Part shown: positions 11,542-24,015 of the stretch, piece by piece
Layout of the letters: each line of letters begins with the position of its first letter
How positions within the stretch are numbered: position 1 is the first letter of the stretch
Assembly (NCBI GenBank): GCA_030390025.1
Contig: CM059432.1
Span: 96,226,001 to 96,290,000 of the forward strand
Length of the DNA stretch: 64,000 bases
Direction: 5' to 3'
Source of the DNA: Squalus acanthias
Lineage: Eukaryota
The notes under the pieces: generated by a model
What the model saw: only the letters and a program-made list of their open reading frames with translations
Told to the model about the DNA's origin: nothing
The model's database searches: none
Program-made: the position numbers and the translations under genes

Positions 11542-14069
11542 CTCGCTATCAGTAACACCGAGAAGTATCAGAATGTGAATGAAACACCACAAGGCTGCAT
11601 GGGCCCCTTAAAGCAGCTGAATTGAAGATGTCAGCAGAGGCGAGCAGCAGACCCGAACCCACTGATTGGGCCGGGTAACGCACACGGCGGGCTTAATAAG
11701 CCCAGTTAAGTCAAAATTGTTATTTCAGTGTGGCTGAAACCGGCAGTGGGACCGGAACCCGCTGAGCAGCCAACCCGACGCAAACCCGCCTCCGATGGCA
11801 AAATTGCAGCCCTAAAGTTAGTTTATGCAAATTATGCGGATTAAAATGTTTTAAATTATTTTTCAAAAAATTATATTTTTATTGTATTTGCTTTATTGAA
11901 GGGACTTTTAATTAAATTTGAAAATGAGAGCATTTATTTTTATTGCAGTTGTCAAAATTATTAATCATTTGGGGATTCCTAATATGCTTATGGGGATTCC
12001 GTTTGTAAATGGAATCCCCATAAGCATATTAGGAATTGTCCTTTCTGATTGGACGACCTGGCCCACGTGATCCCAGGGACGCTTCCGAGCCGCTGGCGTC
12101 CTTGGGATCTGTGGGCCTTTACGCAGGCGTATGCCTGCAGGCCCAGGACCCGAAGTCTCCGCAGCCCGGGAGCCTGAAGGTAAGTGCGTCTATTTTTGGC
12201 GGGTTGGAGGCATACTCCAGAGGTAAGAACATGCCAGGCTGTCAAAACACTTATTTTGTTACTTTCTGCAATGGTCTAAGTGGCTATGGCCTTTACAGTG
12301 GCGTCAATTCAGCAAACTTGATCTCGCCATTGATTTTAATTGGTGGGGCGGAGCTATGATAATTAACTGTTCAATTTTTCTCTGTGGAGTAATACAAAAC
12401 TCTCAACAAATTATGGCGTGGCATAGGCAATGTCATAAGTCACTTACGGCATAACTTCCTGGATTTACTACATCATAATAATGGCGTACAACGTTACTAT
12501 GGCGCAAGTTTTCAGCAAATTCAGGGCTGTCGATGAGTCTCACTATTATTGTCGCTGCTCCACTGGCCAGCCCACTGTGCAGGCATTGTAGCACTTAGTT
12601 TCCTTCTGCTACTAAATCAGTGTTAACCAGAAGGCCTTAATACTCCCCAAAACATTTAATAACCCACCGTTATCCCTGAATAATGCAACAACAGCAATAT
12701 CTAGGCTTTTACTGTAACACAAAATCGCAGCTCGGGAGTGTGTAATTTTGCTCCCAGCGCTCCAGGTGTGGTGCAGCAGAATTTTAACCCTATGTGGCTT
12801 CAAAGAAACACGCTTTACAGCACTTTTCTGTTTATTACACCAGCCATCCTTATGGCCTATGAGGGTGAGATGGTCAATTTAGAACCAAATTGTGACAAAA
12901 TTATGGGCAGTTGTGTGCTCTAGATGTACGACTGCTCAAATCTATTTCATGTTGTCAGCACACAGAGACTTCCATCCCATCAGTCTGGAATGGATTTCAC
13001 CCTAGAACTCGGGTGAAAGGACAATGTGCCAGCTCACTGGTCCACCCTCACAACTACATTAAAAAAAAATTACTTTGTCCTTCACAACCGCATGCAATTT
13101 AACAGGACCAATTACAAAGAAATAAGCATATATGTAGATTAAATCAAAATCGAGCTATTTATAAAATTTTGATTAATACAAGTTAAATATGGGAGGCCTG
13201 AAACATAAAGTTAGCATGCTTTCCTATCTGTTTAAAGAGCCAGCTGATTTCCATAATGTGTTAAATTAAGGTAAAATTATATTTTTTTTATACGGTACTG
13301 TCGAATAAGGTAATCAGTGTCACATGCTGCTACGTTCTCCCAGCCTGCCTCTGATATGCATATCTTCAGGGGAGGGTGACATGATTCTAAATTAAGGTGG
13401 AGTGATTGTACAGAGAAGTTAATTGCTTACTAGAGGCAAAAAATGTATGCTGTGCTAAATATAATGAGGCAACAGATCGTTTTTGAGTTTGCACCCTAAT
13501 TAAAATTTAACTCCAGGAAATAATTTCTCAAATATTTATCTGTTGCTGATTCAATGTGTGGCACACGCATCCCTGTAGAGTTTTACTGACTAGATGATCT
13601 GAACAGCTGAACATGACTTATGAGCCTGTGGCCAATTTGCCATGAAAAAAGAACTGGTCAGGTATTCAGCTACTGCTTAATTTTGCATGAAATTATTGCA
13701 TTTTTGGTGTATCTAGATTGTAACATAAATTGATACACTGCATCAAATATTCGACTAAAGCTTTCTATGAACGCATTTTCTTTTAGTGACCTAATTAGAA
13801 TGCTGTAAACAACAAACTCTACCATCTGTTCCTGCTTCAACTGATGGTATCCAAGATGATGGATAATCTATCATCAACTCATATTTCATTTACATAACAA
13901 ATTGCCATTTTCACAACAATTTAGTTTTCAGCCACACTGACCAACCATTGTCTTGCTAACTTATGTGTACTGGGACTGGTCAGACATACTAGAAACTCTG
14001 GAGAAATTAATGTTGGTATCAGCTGTTGAAAAGAACATTTGCCCATCAAACCCATTCTACCAATAGACC

Positions 14070-14362
14070 ATGCATATTCCTAGAAGTAAAGGGAATTAAG
14101 GGTTACGGGGAGCGGGCAGGAATTTGGACATGAGTCTAGGTTCGGATCGGTCATGGCCCTGTGGGTAGCGTAGCGGGCCCAGGGGCCGTGTAGCCTGATC
14201 CTGCTCCTATTTCATGTGTCCAATTCTGTTAGGTTCAGGAGATGGTTCTGTGATAGTAGATTGGCGGTTAGGATCAGATCAGCCATGATCTTATTGAATG
14301 GCGGAGCAGGCTCGAGGGGCCAATTGGCCTACTCCTGCTCCTATTTCTTATGTTCTTATGTT
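14070..14362 (+). mobile_element. CR1 3'-end fragment with two tandem 3'UTR units
   Basis: KGIKGYGERAG-type ORF2 end, two ...cctgctcctattt units, TTCTTATG-repeat tail. Confidence 0.75.
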
Positions 14363-14980
14363 CTAATCTACTCTATCTCCAAAGGACCTATTCAATTCTT
14401 CTGAGGAAGTTTTTGTCAAGTTTCTCCCTGTCCTCAAAAGTAAGCCAAGCAAAACTCCAGAATATGTATTTAACCTTACATTATTCATCTTTGGTTTAAT
14501 TCCTTGTTTCCATGGTCCCAGTAGCTCAAACCCATGATAAGAATTAGATAGGTGATCAATTGTTTTGCTTCAGGAACAGGCTTGGTGAAATGAATGGTCT
14601 CTTCTTGTGTCCCACTTGCTTTCTTAGGTTCTGCTCGCAAATGACAGAGGGCAGTTAGTTGCACATGCTTTTTCATTTACAAATTGTAAATAAATCAAGG
14701 AGACAGTGGTACTATAAACAAGAGAATATCTGGGCTCTAATTCCACATAATCAAAATGAAAAATGTACATGTAAATCAGTTTCAAAATTTTCAAGAAATG
14801 TTGATGTAACTTGTTTGTGTATGTTTACCAAGGTGAAGGATGTCATTGCTGGACAATAGGAAGCTTTTCACTTTACCAGTTTCAGCAATGAGCACACCAA
14901 AGTAAATCCAATAGAGTTCTTTAGTTAGAGTTGTTGGCTGGCAATTCGAAGCTTGTACAAACACCTAAATTAAAAAAAAT

Positions 14981-17900
14981 AGGACCTCAAAGGTAGTAAT
15001 CTCAGGATTGCTACCAGTGCCACGTGCTAGTCAGAGTAGAAATAGAAGGATATTTCAGATGAATACGTGGCTAGAGGAATGGTGCAAGGGGGAGGGATTC
15101 AAATTCCTGGGACATTGGAACCAGTTCTGGGGGAGGTGGGACCAGTACAAACTGGATGGTTTGCACCTGGGCAGGACCGGGACTGATGTCCTAGGGGGAG
15201 TGTTTGCTAGTGCTGTTGGGGAGGGTTTAAACAAAAATGGCAGGGGGTTGGGAACCTGTGCAGGGAGACAGAGGAAAGGGAAGCAAGGATAGAAGCAAAA
15301 GACAGGAAGGAGAAAAGCAAAAGTGGCAGTCAGAGAAATCAAGGGTGTAAATCAAACATGGCCACAGTAAATAATAATTCTAAAAGGTCTAAGAGTGTTA
15401 AAAAAACAAGCCTGAAGGCTTTGTGTCTTAATGCGAGGAGCATTCGTAATAAGGTGGATGAATTAGCTGCGCAAATAGATGTAAACGGATATGATATAAT
15501 TGGGATTACGGAGACGTAGCAGCAAGGTGACCAAGGCTGGGAATTCAACATCCAGGGGTATTTAATATTCAGGAGGGACAGGCAAAAAGGAAAAGGAGGT
15601 GGGGTAGCATTGCTGGTTAAAGAGGAGATTAACACAATAGTAAGGAAGGATATTAGCTCTGATGATGTGGAAAATGTATGGGTAGAGCTGAGAAATACCA
15701 TGGGGCAGAAAACATGAGTGGGAGTTGTATACAGACCCCCAAACAGTAATGCTGAGGTTGGGGATGGCATTAAACGGGAAATTAGAGACACATGCAATAA
15801 GGGCACCGCAGTTATCATGGGTGACTTTAATCCACATATAGATTGGGCTAACCAAATTAGTAACAATACTGTGGAGGAGGAATTCCTAGAGTGTATACGG
15901 GATGGTTTCCTGGACCAATATGTCGAGGAACCAACTAGAGATGAGGCCATCTTAGGCTGGGTATTATGTAATGAGAAAGGATTAATTAGCAATCTTGTTG
16001 TGCGAGGCCCCTTGGGGAGGAGCGATCATAGTATGATAGAATTCTTCATTAAGATGGAGAGTGAAGTAGTTGACTCAGAGACTAGGGTCCTGAATTTAAA
16101 TAAAGGAAACTACGATGGTATGAGGCGCGAATTGGCTAGGATGGATTGGGGAATGTTACTTAAAGGGTTGACAGTGGAGAGGCAATGGCAAACATTTAAA
16201 GATCGCATGGATGAACTACAGAATTTGTTCATCCCTGTTTGGCATAAAAATAAAACAAAAAAGGTGATTCAACCGTGGCTAACAAGGGAAATTAGGGATA
16301 GCATAAGATCCAAGGAGAGGGCATATAAATTGGCCAGAAAAAGCTGCAAACCTGAGGATTGGGAGCAGTTTAGGATTCAGCAAAGGAGGACAAAGGGATT
16401 AATTAAGAGGGGGAAAATAGAGTATGAAAGTAAGCTTGCAGGGAACATAAAAACTGACTGTAAAAGCTTCTATAGATATGTGAAGAGAAAAAGATTGGTG
16501 AAGTCAAGCGTAGGTCCCTTGCAGTCAGAATCAGGGGAATTTATAATGGGGAACAAAGAAATGGCTGACGAATTAAATACATACTTTGGTTCTGTCTTCA
16601 CAAAGGAGGACACAAATAACCTCCCAGAGATGTCGGGGAACATAGGGTCTTATGAGAGGGAAGAACTGAATGAAATCAGTATTTGTAGGGAAATGGTGTT
16701 AGGGAAATTGACGGGATTGAAGGCCGATAAATCCCCAGGGCCTGATAATCTACATCCTAGGGTACTTAAGGAAGTGGCCCTAGAAATAGTAGATGCATTG
16801 CTGGTCATCTTCCAAAATTCTATAGACTCTGGAACAGTTCCCATGGATTGGAGGGTAGCTAATGTAACCCCACTATTTAAAAAAGGTGGGAGAGAGAAAA
16901 CGGGGAATTATAGACCGGTAAGCGTGACATCGGTAGTGGGGAAAATGCTAGAGTCCATTATAAAAGATGTAATAGCAGAGCACTTGGAAAACAGTGACAG
17001 GATCGGACAAACTCAACATGGATTTACAAAAGGTAAATCATGCTTGACTAATCTACTGGAATTTTGTGAGGATGTAACTGGTAGAATAGATAAGAGAGAA
17101 CCAGTGTATGTGGTGTATTTGGACTTTCAGAAGGCTTTCGATAAGGTCCCGCATAAGAGATTGGCGTGCAAAGTTAAAGCACATGGGATTGGGGGTAAGG
17201 TACTGACTTGGGTAGAGAACTGGTTGGCAGACAGGAAGCAAAGAGTTGGAATAAACGGGTCTTTTTCCGAGTGGCTGGCAGTGACTAGTGGGATACCGCA
17301 GGGATCGGTGCTAGGACCCCAGTTATTCACAATATATATTAATGATCTAGACGAGGGAACTAGATGTAATATCTCCAAGTTTGCAGACGACACAAAGCTG
17401 GGTGGGCATGTGTGTTGTGAGGAGGATGCCGAGAAACTGCAGTATGATTCGGACAAGTTGGGTGATTGGGCAGATGCATGGCAGATGCAGTATAATATGG
17501 ATAAATGTGAGGTTATCCACTTTGGTGGCAAAAACAGGAAGGCAGATTATTATCTGAATGGCAATAGATTGGGAAAAGGGGAAGTGCAACGAGACCTGGG
17601 TGTCCTTGTGCACCAGTCGTTGAAGGTAAGCATGCAGGTGCAGCAGGCGGTTAAGAAGGCAAATGGTATGTTGGCCTTCATAGCGAGAGGATTCGAGTAC
17701 AGGAGCAAGGATGTCTTGCTGCAGTTGTACAGGGCCTTGGTGAGACCACACCTTGAGTACTGTGTGCAGTTTTGGTCGCCTTATCTGAGGAAGGATGTTC
17801 TTGCCATGGAGGGAGTGCAGCGAAGATTCACCAGACTGATACCTGGGATGGCAGGAATGACGTACGAAGAGAGATTGGGTCGATTGGGCTTGTATTCGCT

Positions 17901-18313
17901 GGAGTTTAGAAGAATGAGAGGGGATCTCATTGAAACTTATAAAATTCTAACAGGACTAGACAGACTAGATGCAGGAAGGATGTTCCCGATGGCAGGGGAG
18001 TCCAGAACCAGGGGTCACAGTCTAAGGATAAGGGGTCAACCATTTAAGACTGAGATGAGGAGGAATTTCTTCACCCAGAGAGTGGTGAACCTGTGGAATT
18101 CTCTACCACAGAAAGCAGTTGAGGCCAATTCATTAAATATATTCAAGAAGGAGTTAGATATATTTCTTAAGGCTAAAGGGATCAAGGGATATGGGGAGAA
18201 AGCAGGGACAGGGTACTGAATTTGGATGATTAGCCATGATCTCGTTAAATGGCAGAGCAGGCTCGAGGGGCCGAATGGCCTACTCCTGCTCCTATCTTCT
18301 ATGTTTCTATGTT
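14981..18313 (+). mobile_element. 5'-truncated CR1 LINE (end of ORF1 esterase plus complete ORF2)
   Basis: SGNH esterase end LLPVPRA...DGLHL; ORF2 LNARSI, ITET, YRPP, GDFN, RT; 3' stem and TTCTATGT tail. Confidence 0.95.
15718..18219 (+). CDS. CR1 ORF2 endonuclease/reverse transcriptase (833 aa open; N-terminus cut by upstream stops)
   Basis: YRPP, GDFN, SDH, NYRPVS, DFQKAFDKV, PQGSVLGP, FADD. Confidence 0.9.
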   Translation: MGVVYRPPNSNAEVGDGIKREIRDTCNKGTAVIMGDFNPHIDWANQISNNTVEEEFLECIRDGFLDQYVEEPTRDEAILGWVLCNEKGLISNLVVRGPLGRSDHSMIEFFIKMESEVVDSETRVLNLNKGNYDGMRRELARMDWGMLLKGLTVERQWQTFKDRMDELQNLFIPVWHKNKTKKVIQPWLTREIRDSIRSKERAYKLARKSCKPEDWEQFRIQQRRTKGLIKRGKIEYESKLAGNIKTDCKSFYRYVKRKRLVKSSVGPLQSESGEFIMGNKEMADELNTYFGSVFTKEDTNNLPEMSGNIGSYEREELNEISICREMVLGKLTGLKADKSPGPDNLHPRVLKEVALEIVDALLVIFQNSIDSGTVPMDWRVANVTPLFKKGGREKTGNYRPVSVTSVVGKMLESIIKDVIAEHLENSDRIGQTQHGFTKGKSCLTNLLEFCEDVTGRIDKREPVYVVYLDFQKAFDKVPHKRLACKVKAHGIGGKVLTWVENWLADRKQRVGINGSFSEWLAVTSGIPQGSVLGPQLFTIYINDLDEGTRCNISKFADDTKLGGHVCCEEDAEKLQYDSDKLGDWADAWQMQYNMDKCEVIHFGGKNRKADYYLNGNRLGKGEVQRDLGVLVHQSLKVSMQVQQAVKKANGMLAFIARGFEYRSKDVLLQLYRALVRPHLEYCVQFWSPYLRKDVLAMEGVQRRFTRLIPGMAGMTYEERLGRLGLYSLEFRRMRGDLIETYKILTGLDRLDAGRMFPMAGESRTRGHSLRIRGQPFKTEMRRNFFTQRVVNLWNSLPQKAVEANSLNIFKKELDIFLKAKGIKGYGEKAGTGY

Positions 18314-19235
18314 ACTGACTCTTCCTATTCTCCATCCCCCCAAGCCCCACCACCACATGCGACCCACCCCAATCCTTAATGCATGTATTATTTTTCAGAA
18401 CTAGGCCACAGGCAATGGTAGGTTAAGAAATTTCTGAAGAGGAATGCAAGAAATTGTATTTATTTTCTAGCATTTTCCAGGGGCATGTTAATACTGTAAG
18501 TCTATTGACCCCATTTTGAGGCTGTTACCGTTCCATTAATGCCAGTTATATCTGATGTGTCCATGGCCACAACCCTACTTCCACGATATGATATTTTCTA
18601 TTTCTCACATCCGCCATCCTTGTGGCCTCTCAGAGTGAAATTCCAATTTAGCAACAATTATACCTGGTTTGTATGCCAGAGGAACTGGGTTGAGTTTGAT
18701 AAACTTATTTATGTAGGACTTTTGACTGGTAGGAACAGGAGCCTTAAATCCCATCACTCTAGGTGGATTTTAACCCAAATCACAGGAGTTAAAGAACAAG
18801 TTTACTACACCTACACTCAGCTATTCAGTTTTTACCTTTAAATTGAAAGATGCCCAAGTATTTTTGTCTTCCCCCCCTTCATGAATATGAGGAACTTCCA
18901 CTGAAAAAAACACATTTGAATAGAAAAAAAGCCTTTCTTCTGCTTCATTTCTGCAACTACACTATCACATTATTATAACTGCTACTAAGGCCGCGATTTT
19001 CCCAGCGGAGGCGGATTGGAGTCGGGTTGAGTGTTCAGTGGCTTCCAGTCCCGCTGCCGGCTTCAGCCGCTCCGAAATCAGGATTTTAATTTAACTGGGC
19101 TTATTAAGCACGTCAGTGGGTTTGGGTGTGCTGCTCGCCCCTGCTGACGTCTTCCATTCAGGAGCTTTTAAGGAGCCCATGTAGCCTTTACATTTCATTT
19201 GGTTTATGCTGCTCCTGTAAAGGGGTCCTCTGAAA

Positions 19236-20499
19236 ATGACTGCTGCAAGATCGAAGGCTGCTCCTAGATTTGATGATGACTCCCTCCATTCTCTTGTGGA
19301 GGGAGTAAGAGGGCGCAGGGAGGTTCTGTTCCCTCCCGATGGCCGGAGGAAGCCTCCTCAGCAGACAAAGGCAGCCTGGCAGCAAGTTGCTGAGGAGGTA
19401 ATTGCAAGGTCCTTGTGCTCACGCACCTGGGTGCGGTGCCGAAAACGGTTCAATGATCTGCTACGCTCAGCAAAAGTGAGTATAACATCACACTTACCTT
19501 CAATCTGCTTCCCATCTGTTCTCATCACCAGCACTATGTATTGTCAACCTACTCCTCCACATCCCAACTTATCCTTACTTCCCTTGCACCCTTACCTATC
19601 CTTCTCTCTCTCTTTGTACAGAATCACTTCACCATTCTACTATGCACCCCTCACACTCGCTCTCACTGTTATGCAATGACAACAACTAACAAGGCACAGG
19701 GAGGCACCTTGGTTTTGGCACCTCACTCCATCATTGTTTGCCTCTAAACTTCTATGTAATGGAATCTTTACACTCACTCCATCAATCTCGCTGAAACTCC
19801 ACTTGTGTCCTTCATTGCGGGAAAAGAGGGCCCAAATAAGAGGGAGAGAGCGAGGACAGGAGGAGGCCCGCCATCCCTTGCAACTTTAACGAATGCTGAG
19901 TAGGCTGCTCTCGACATGGTCGGAGGTGCTAAGAAGCTGGAAGTGGGGAATGGAGAGACGGGGACAGTAGAGCAAGCTGGTGACAGAATAGATTTGCAAA
20001 CCTCTCATTTCGATTTCATTAATGACTGATATGGCATCTGATGTTCATACAGATTGACTTCTGATCATCTGCACAAGAGGTTCTGTCTGCTACCTAAATA
20101 TCACATGTCTAACTTATGCCTTTACTCTCCCACAGGACCATCGAGAGCCCCCCTCCCCACTGTCCAGGAGGAAGAGCCGGACGGCTCCTCGGAGGAACCT
20201 GGAGCCTCTGAGGGAGCAGCATCACCAGAAATCAGCACACCCAGCACCAGCGCAGAGACGCACACCTCGGTGGGTCCTTCGCGACATAGAGTAGTATTGT
20301 CACCTGGTGTATCACAGCTCACAAATGAGCATCAGCAGATAGTGGAGACAGCGACAGCACTGGAGAGTCCACGTCGGAGGTCACAGGACGCTGCTAAGTC
20401 TGCTCAGCTGCATGTAGACGCTGTGCCTCTGGGGACATCCAGAAAGAGAGCGGTGCTGGAACTCCAGGAACAAGTGCAGGAGTCTCTGACAGGGTTGCA
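19236..20499 (+). pseudogene. Harbinger C Myb/SANT gene (3' part deleted)
   Basis: MTAARSKAAPRFDDDSL...CRKRFNDL, near-identical to the 11541 gene; exon 2 acceptor mutated and in-frame TAG. Confidence 0.85.
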
Positions 20500-20650
20500 C
20501 AGTGAGGGGTCAGGGCGCCTTTCTTTTGTAATGATGGTGGTGAGAGTGATTAAAGAACACAGTTTATTGTACAGATGCTGTATGGTGTGTTAAGAAGGTT
20601 GGCCAGACATTCATTTTCATGTGCCAGCCATATGTGTTTAATGTGTCAAA

Positions 20651-21103
20651 TTACGCAAATCTGGCATGGATAAGTGCATCCCTTGCCTCACGGCCAGCAA
20701 TGTGCTCACTTGCTGGTGGAATTGGCACATCCGCCCCTGCAAGGCGTCCCTCATCTGCCACCTCCACCTCCTCCTCCTCCTTCTTCTCCTCCTCCTCCTC
20801 TTCCGAGGTGGCTATGCGCTGAGCCACTTGTTCCTCAGGCAGCGGTAAGCAATGCTGCTGTGCGATGTTGTGCAGTGCACAGCAGACAATGATGATTCTG
20901 GAGACCCTGGCTGGTGCGTACTGCAGGGCTCCACTAGATCTGTCGAGGCATCTGAATCGCATTTTGAGCAAGCCGATGGTTTGCTTTATAATGCATCTGG
21001 TGGAAATGTGGCTCACATTGTACCGCTCCTCAGCTTCATTTGATGGCCTCCTCATCGGTGTCATGAGCCACTTTTTCAGGGAATAGCGCTTGTCTCCAAG
21101 TAG
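20651..21103 (-). pseudogene. Harbinger C transposase C-terminal fragment
   Basis: [19 protein letters not shown]...[14 protein letters not shown]...CCALHN...IHARFA*. Confidence 0.9.
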
Positions 21104-21110
21104 CACCCCT

Positions 21111-22042
21111 ACCATCCTGACTTAGAAATATATCGCCGATCCTTCATCATCGCTGGGTCAAAATCCTGGAACTCCCTCCCTAACAGCACTGTGGGAGTAC
21201 CTTCACCACACGGACTGCAACAAGACCTGGACGACGTTCAGGCTTGGGCTGATAAGGGCAGGTAACATTCGCGTCACAGAAGTGCCAGGCAATGACTATC
21301 TCCAACAAATGAGAGTCTAACCACCTCCCCTTGGCATTCAACGCCATTACCATCGCCGAATCCCCCACCATCAACACACTGGGGGTCACATTGACCAGAA
21401 ACTTAACTGGACCAACCACTTAAATACTGTGGCAACAAAAGCAGGTCAGAGGCTAGGTATTCTGTGGTGAGTGTCTCACCTCCTGACTCCCCAAAGCCTT
21501 TCCACCATCTACAAGGCACAAGTCATGAGTGTGATGGAATACTCTCCACTTGCCTGGATGAGTGCAGCTGCAACAACACTCAAGAAGCTCGACACCATCC
21601 AGGACAAAGCAGCCCGTTTGATTGGCACCCCATCTTAAACATTCACTCCCTCCACCACCGGCGTACTGTGGCTGCAGTGTGTACCATCTACAAGATGCAC
21701 TGCAGCAACTCACCAAGGCTTCTTTGGCAGCACCTCCCAAACCTGCGACCTCTTCCACCTAGACGGACAAGGGCAGCAGGCGCATGGGAACACCACCACC
21801 TCCAAGTTCCCCTCCAAGTCACACACCATCCTGACTTAGAAGTATATCACCGATCCTTCATCGTCACTGGGTCAAAATCCTGGAACTCCCTCCCTAACAG
21901 CACTGTGGGAGTACCTTCACCACATGGACTGCAGCGGTTCAAGAAGGCGGCTCACCACCACCTTCTCAAGGGCAACTAGGGATGGGCAATAAATGCTGGT
22001 CTTGCCAGCGACGCCCAGATCCCAGAAGCGAATAAAAAAAAA
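21111..22042 (+). mobile_element. 5'-truncated copy of the 65-3239 LINE family with internal duplication
   Basis: High similarity to 2436-3239; same 3' end and poly-A. Confidence 0.9.
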
Positions 22043-23399
22043 CTATCCAACCAATTAGTGACAGCACTCAGCGTAGTTTGACAGTGTAAACATATCAAAA
22101 TATGTCAGTCACAGCGGTACAGAGGTGGGATGTAGATCATTCTGTGATTCTGCGAACTGACCCACATCTGGGATGTGGCTCAATTCACCAATCAGTTCCT
22201 AAACACTGCAGAGATGGTTTTGGCGGTGAAGGTGGACTTGAAGAGTGAGATCTGCTGAACAAAGTCTCATTGGGAAAAAAGGACTTCACCAACATGAGTG
22301 ATAATAAATAAACTAGCTGTAACTCTTCTATAATTTAATAAGTACTTTACTTTATAACTTTTTAAATTTTCTTTACATTTGTTCTTGAGGCATGACGGTA
22401 GTTTTGGCACCAAACATAGGTATTTATTTTGTTCCTTTTTATTTAATTTTATTGTTGGTAATTTTCATTGATATATGTTCCATTTCTTTCACTTAGAATG
22501 CAATAAATACATTTATTTTGTGCTCACAATGTTCCATAATAGATGCATTTTTCTTATATATAATCACATTGAATCTCCGCCTTTACAATTCCACTCATCT
22601 CAGAATCCCATTAATGCTTCATTTTGATTAGTTTCCAGGGCCTAAAGCAGCCCCTGAACTCCAACCAATATATCTTCAGCACACAGCTGAGTTTTCATTC
22701 TCATTAAAAAATCCGCAGGTTGGAAGTTTTGCTACCTCCTCTGATTTCTGGTTATTGTAGCTTTAAAAATAACTAAGTGTACATTTCCAGGAACACAAAT
22801 TGACATGTCTCCCTGAAGTACAGTGCAGATATTGTGGGATGTGCAGTCACACCTCTAATAATATAAGCTGGCGTTCTTCATGTTGTTTGCAGTTGATGGT
22901 ACTTCAGTATAGTGTGCTAACTTGACAGGCCCAATCTGTGGTGGCACACTATCATATGACTTCAATCATAAACTGCTATAATTAAGGATGCTGTCTGTGC
23001 TTCTCATCCACGAGCTGCTGCTGCTATTGCCAAATATCTTTCCCTGCGGGTTCTTGTTGGAGTTTCTGCCTGTGTTACATCCAATCATTGATTTATAATG
23101 ACATTTTGAATAGCATCAATCATTATGTCCCAAAGCTCAGAACATGTTCTTCTTATAAGGATGTCATTTTTTATTGACATTGAGATTTTGTTGGCTGTAA
23201 ATTCATTTCAAGAATTCAAGAATGTGTGACCAACACTACAAGAGATATTATCAATTTATTTACAATTTTTCCAAGTAAAAGACCGTTAATACTTTGCTGT
23301 TGTTTTCTGAACTATTAATTTTCTATACATACAAATGTAAATATACATTAACCATAATATTTTAAAACATATTAAGTGACTGAGGTTTTCTCTTGCATT

Positions 23400-24015
23400 A
23401 TATATGTTCTGTTTTGGGCATTCAATACAAAAGCCAGGAGGTGACTAGGAATCTATATAGGACATTGATTAGGGCAGAGTTGGAGCACTATATGCAGTTT
23501 TTACAGAAAGAATATTGGGGTCATGGAAAAGATGCCACGAGGATGATATCAGTGATGAGAGGATATAGTTATGATGAGCTATTTGAAAAAGTAGGACTAT
23601 CAGAGAAGGGTTAATAGTGAAAAATAATTTTCACTCATTAGCGAATTAGTATCAAAACATTAGGATTAGAATGCCAGGAAGAACTTGCATTTATATAGCA
23701 CCTTTCACAACCTCAGAATGTCCCAATGCGCTTTACAACCAATTAAGTACTTTTTGAAGTGTAGTCACCATTGTAATGATTCGTACAAAAAGTATCAAGG
23801 AGGAGGTTAGAAGAATTATTTTTCACACTAAAAATGATTACATCATGGAAGATTTCAAATACTCAAGTATTTATTGCAGCCAAGTAAAGCTTGGCATTTA
23901 AGGGGGAAGTAGAATACTTGAAGAAAATATTAAACTGTATAGAGACATGAATTAGAGGTAGATAGCTCTGATGTGGGCATGATGGCCCCCTATGCTGAAA
24001 TTTCTATGATTCTAT
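23400..24015 (+). mobile_element. Old CR1 3' fragment, interrupted by a SINE tail at ~23682-23779
   Basis: IQYKSQEVTRNLYRTLIRAELEHYMQF; TTCTATGA tail. Confidence 0.6.

Larger units (their letters stand above)
7665..11811 (+). mobile_element. Full-length PIF/Harbinger transposon B (~4.15 kb)
   Basis: TIRs GGCCGTGATTTTGC / GCAAAATTGCAGCC, flanks TTA/CTA; convergent transposase and Myb genes. Confidence 0.9.
7386..12240. mobile_element. Harbinger-type MITE (middle shell) split by Harbinger B
   Basis: Left end GGCCCGGATTTTACG; CpG-rich subterminal blocks 7386-7610 and 12040-12240; right TIR decayed or uncertain. Confidence 0.45.
6997..12527. mobile_element. Old MITE (outer shell of a nested stack)
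   Basis: Imperfect TIRs GCCACAATTTGCTGGAAAA (6997) and TTTTCAGCAAATTCAGGGC (ends 12527). Confidence 0.5.
18989..21110 (-). mobile_element. Harbinger C (family of B, inverted), internally deleted and truncated
   Basis: TAA|GGCCGCGATTTTCC TIR; Myb gene on + from 19236; transposase C-terminus on - 20651-21103. Confidence 0.9.

Noticed and set aside
14485..14676. Possible host exon (63-aa ORF) in unique DNA
   Set aside because: No recognisable protein similarity or convincing splice pair.
15339..17751. Antisense ORFs in CR1 (also 37824-38540 and others)
   Set aside because: Antisense shadows of LINE coding sequence.
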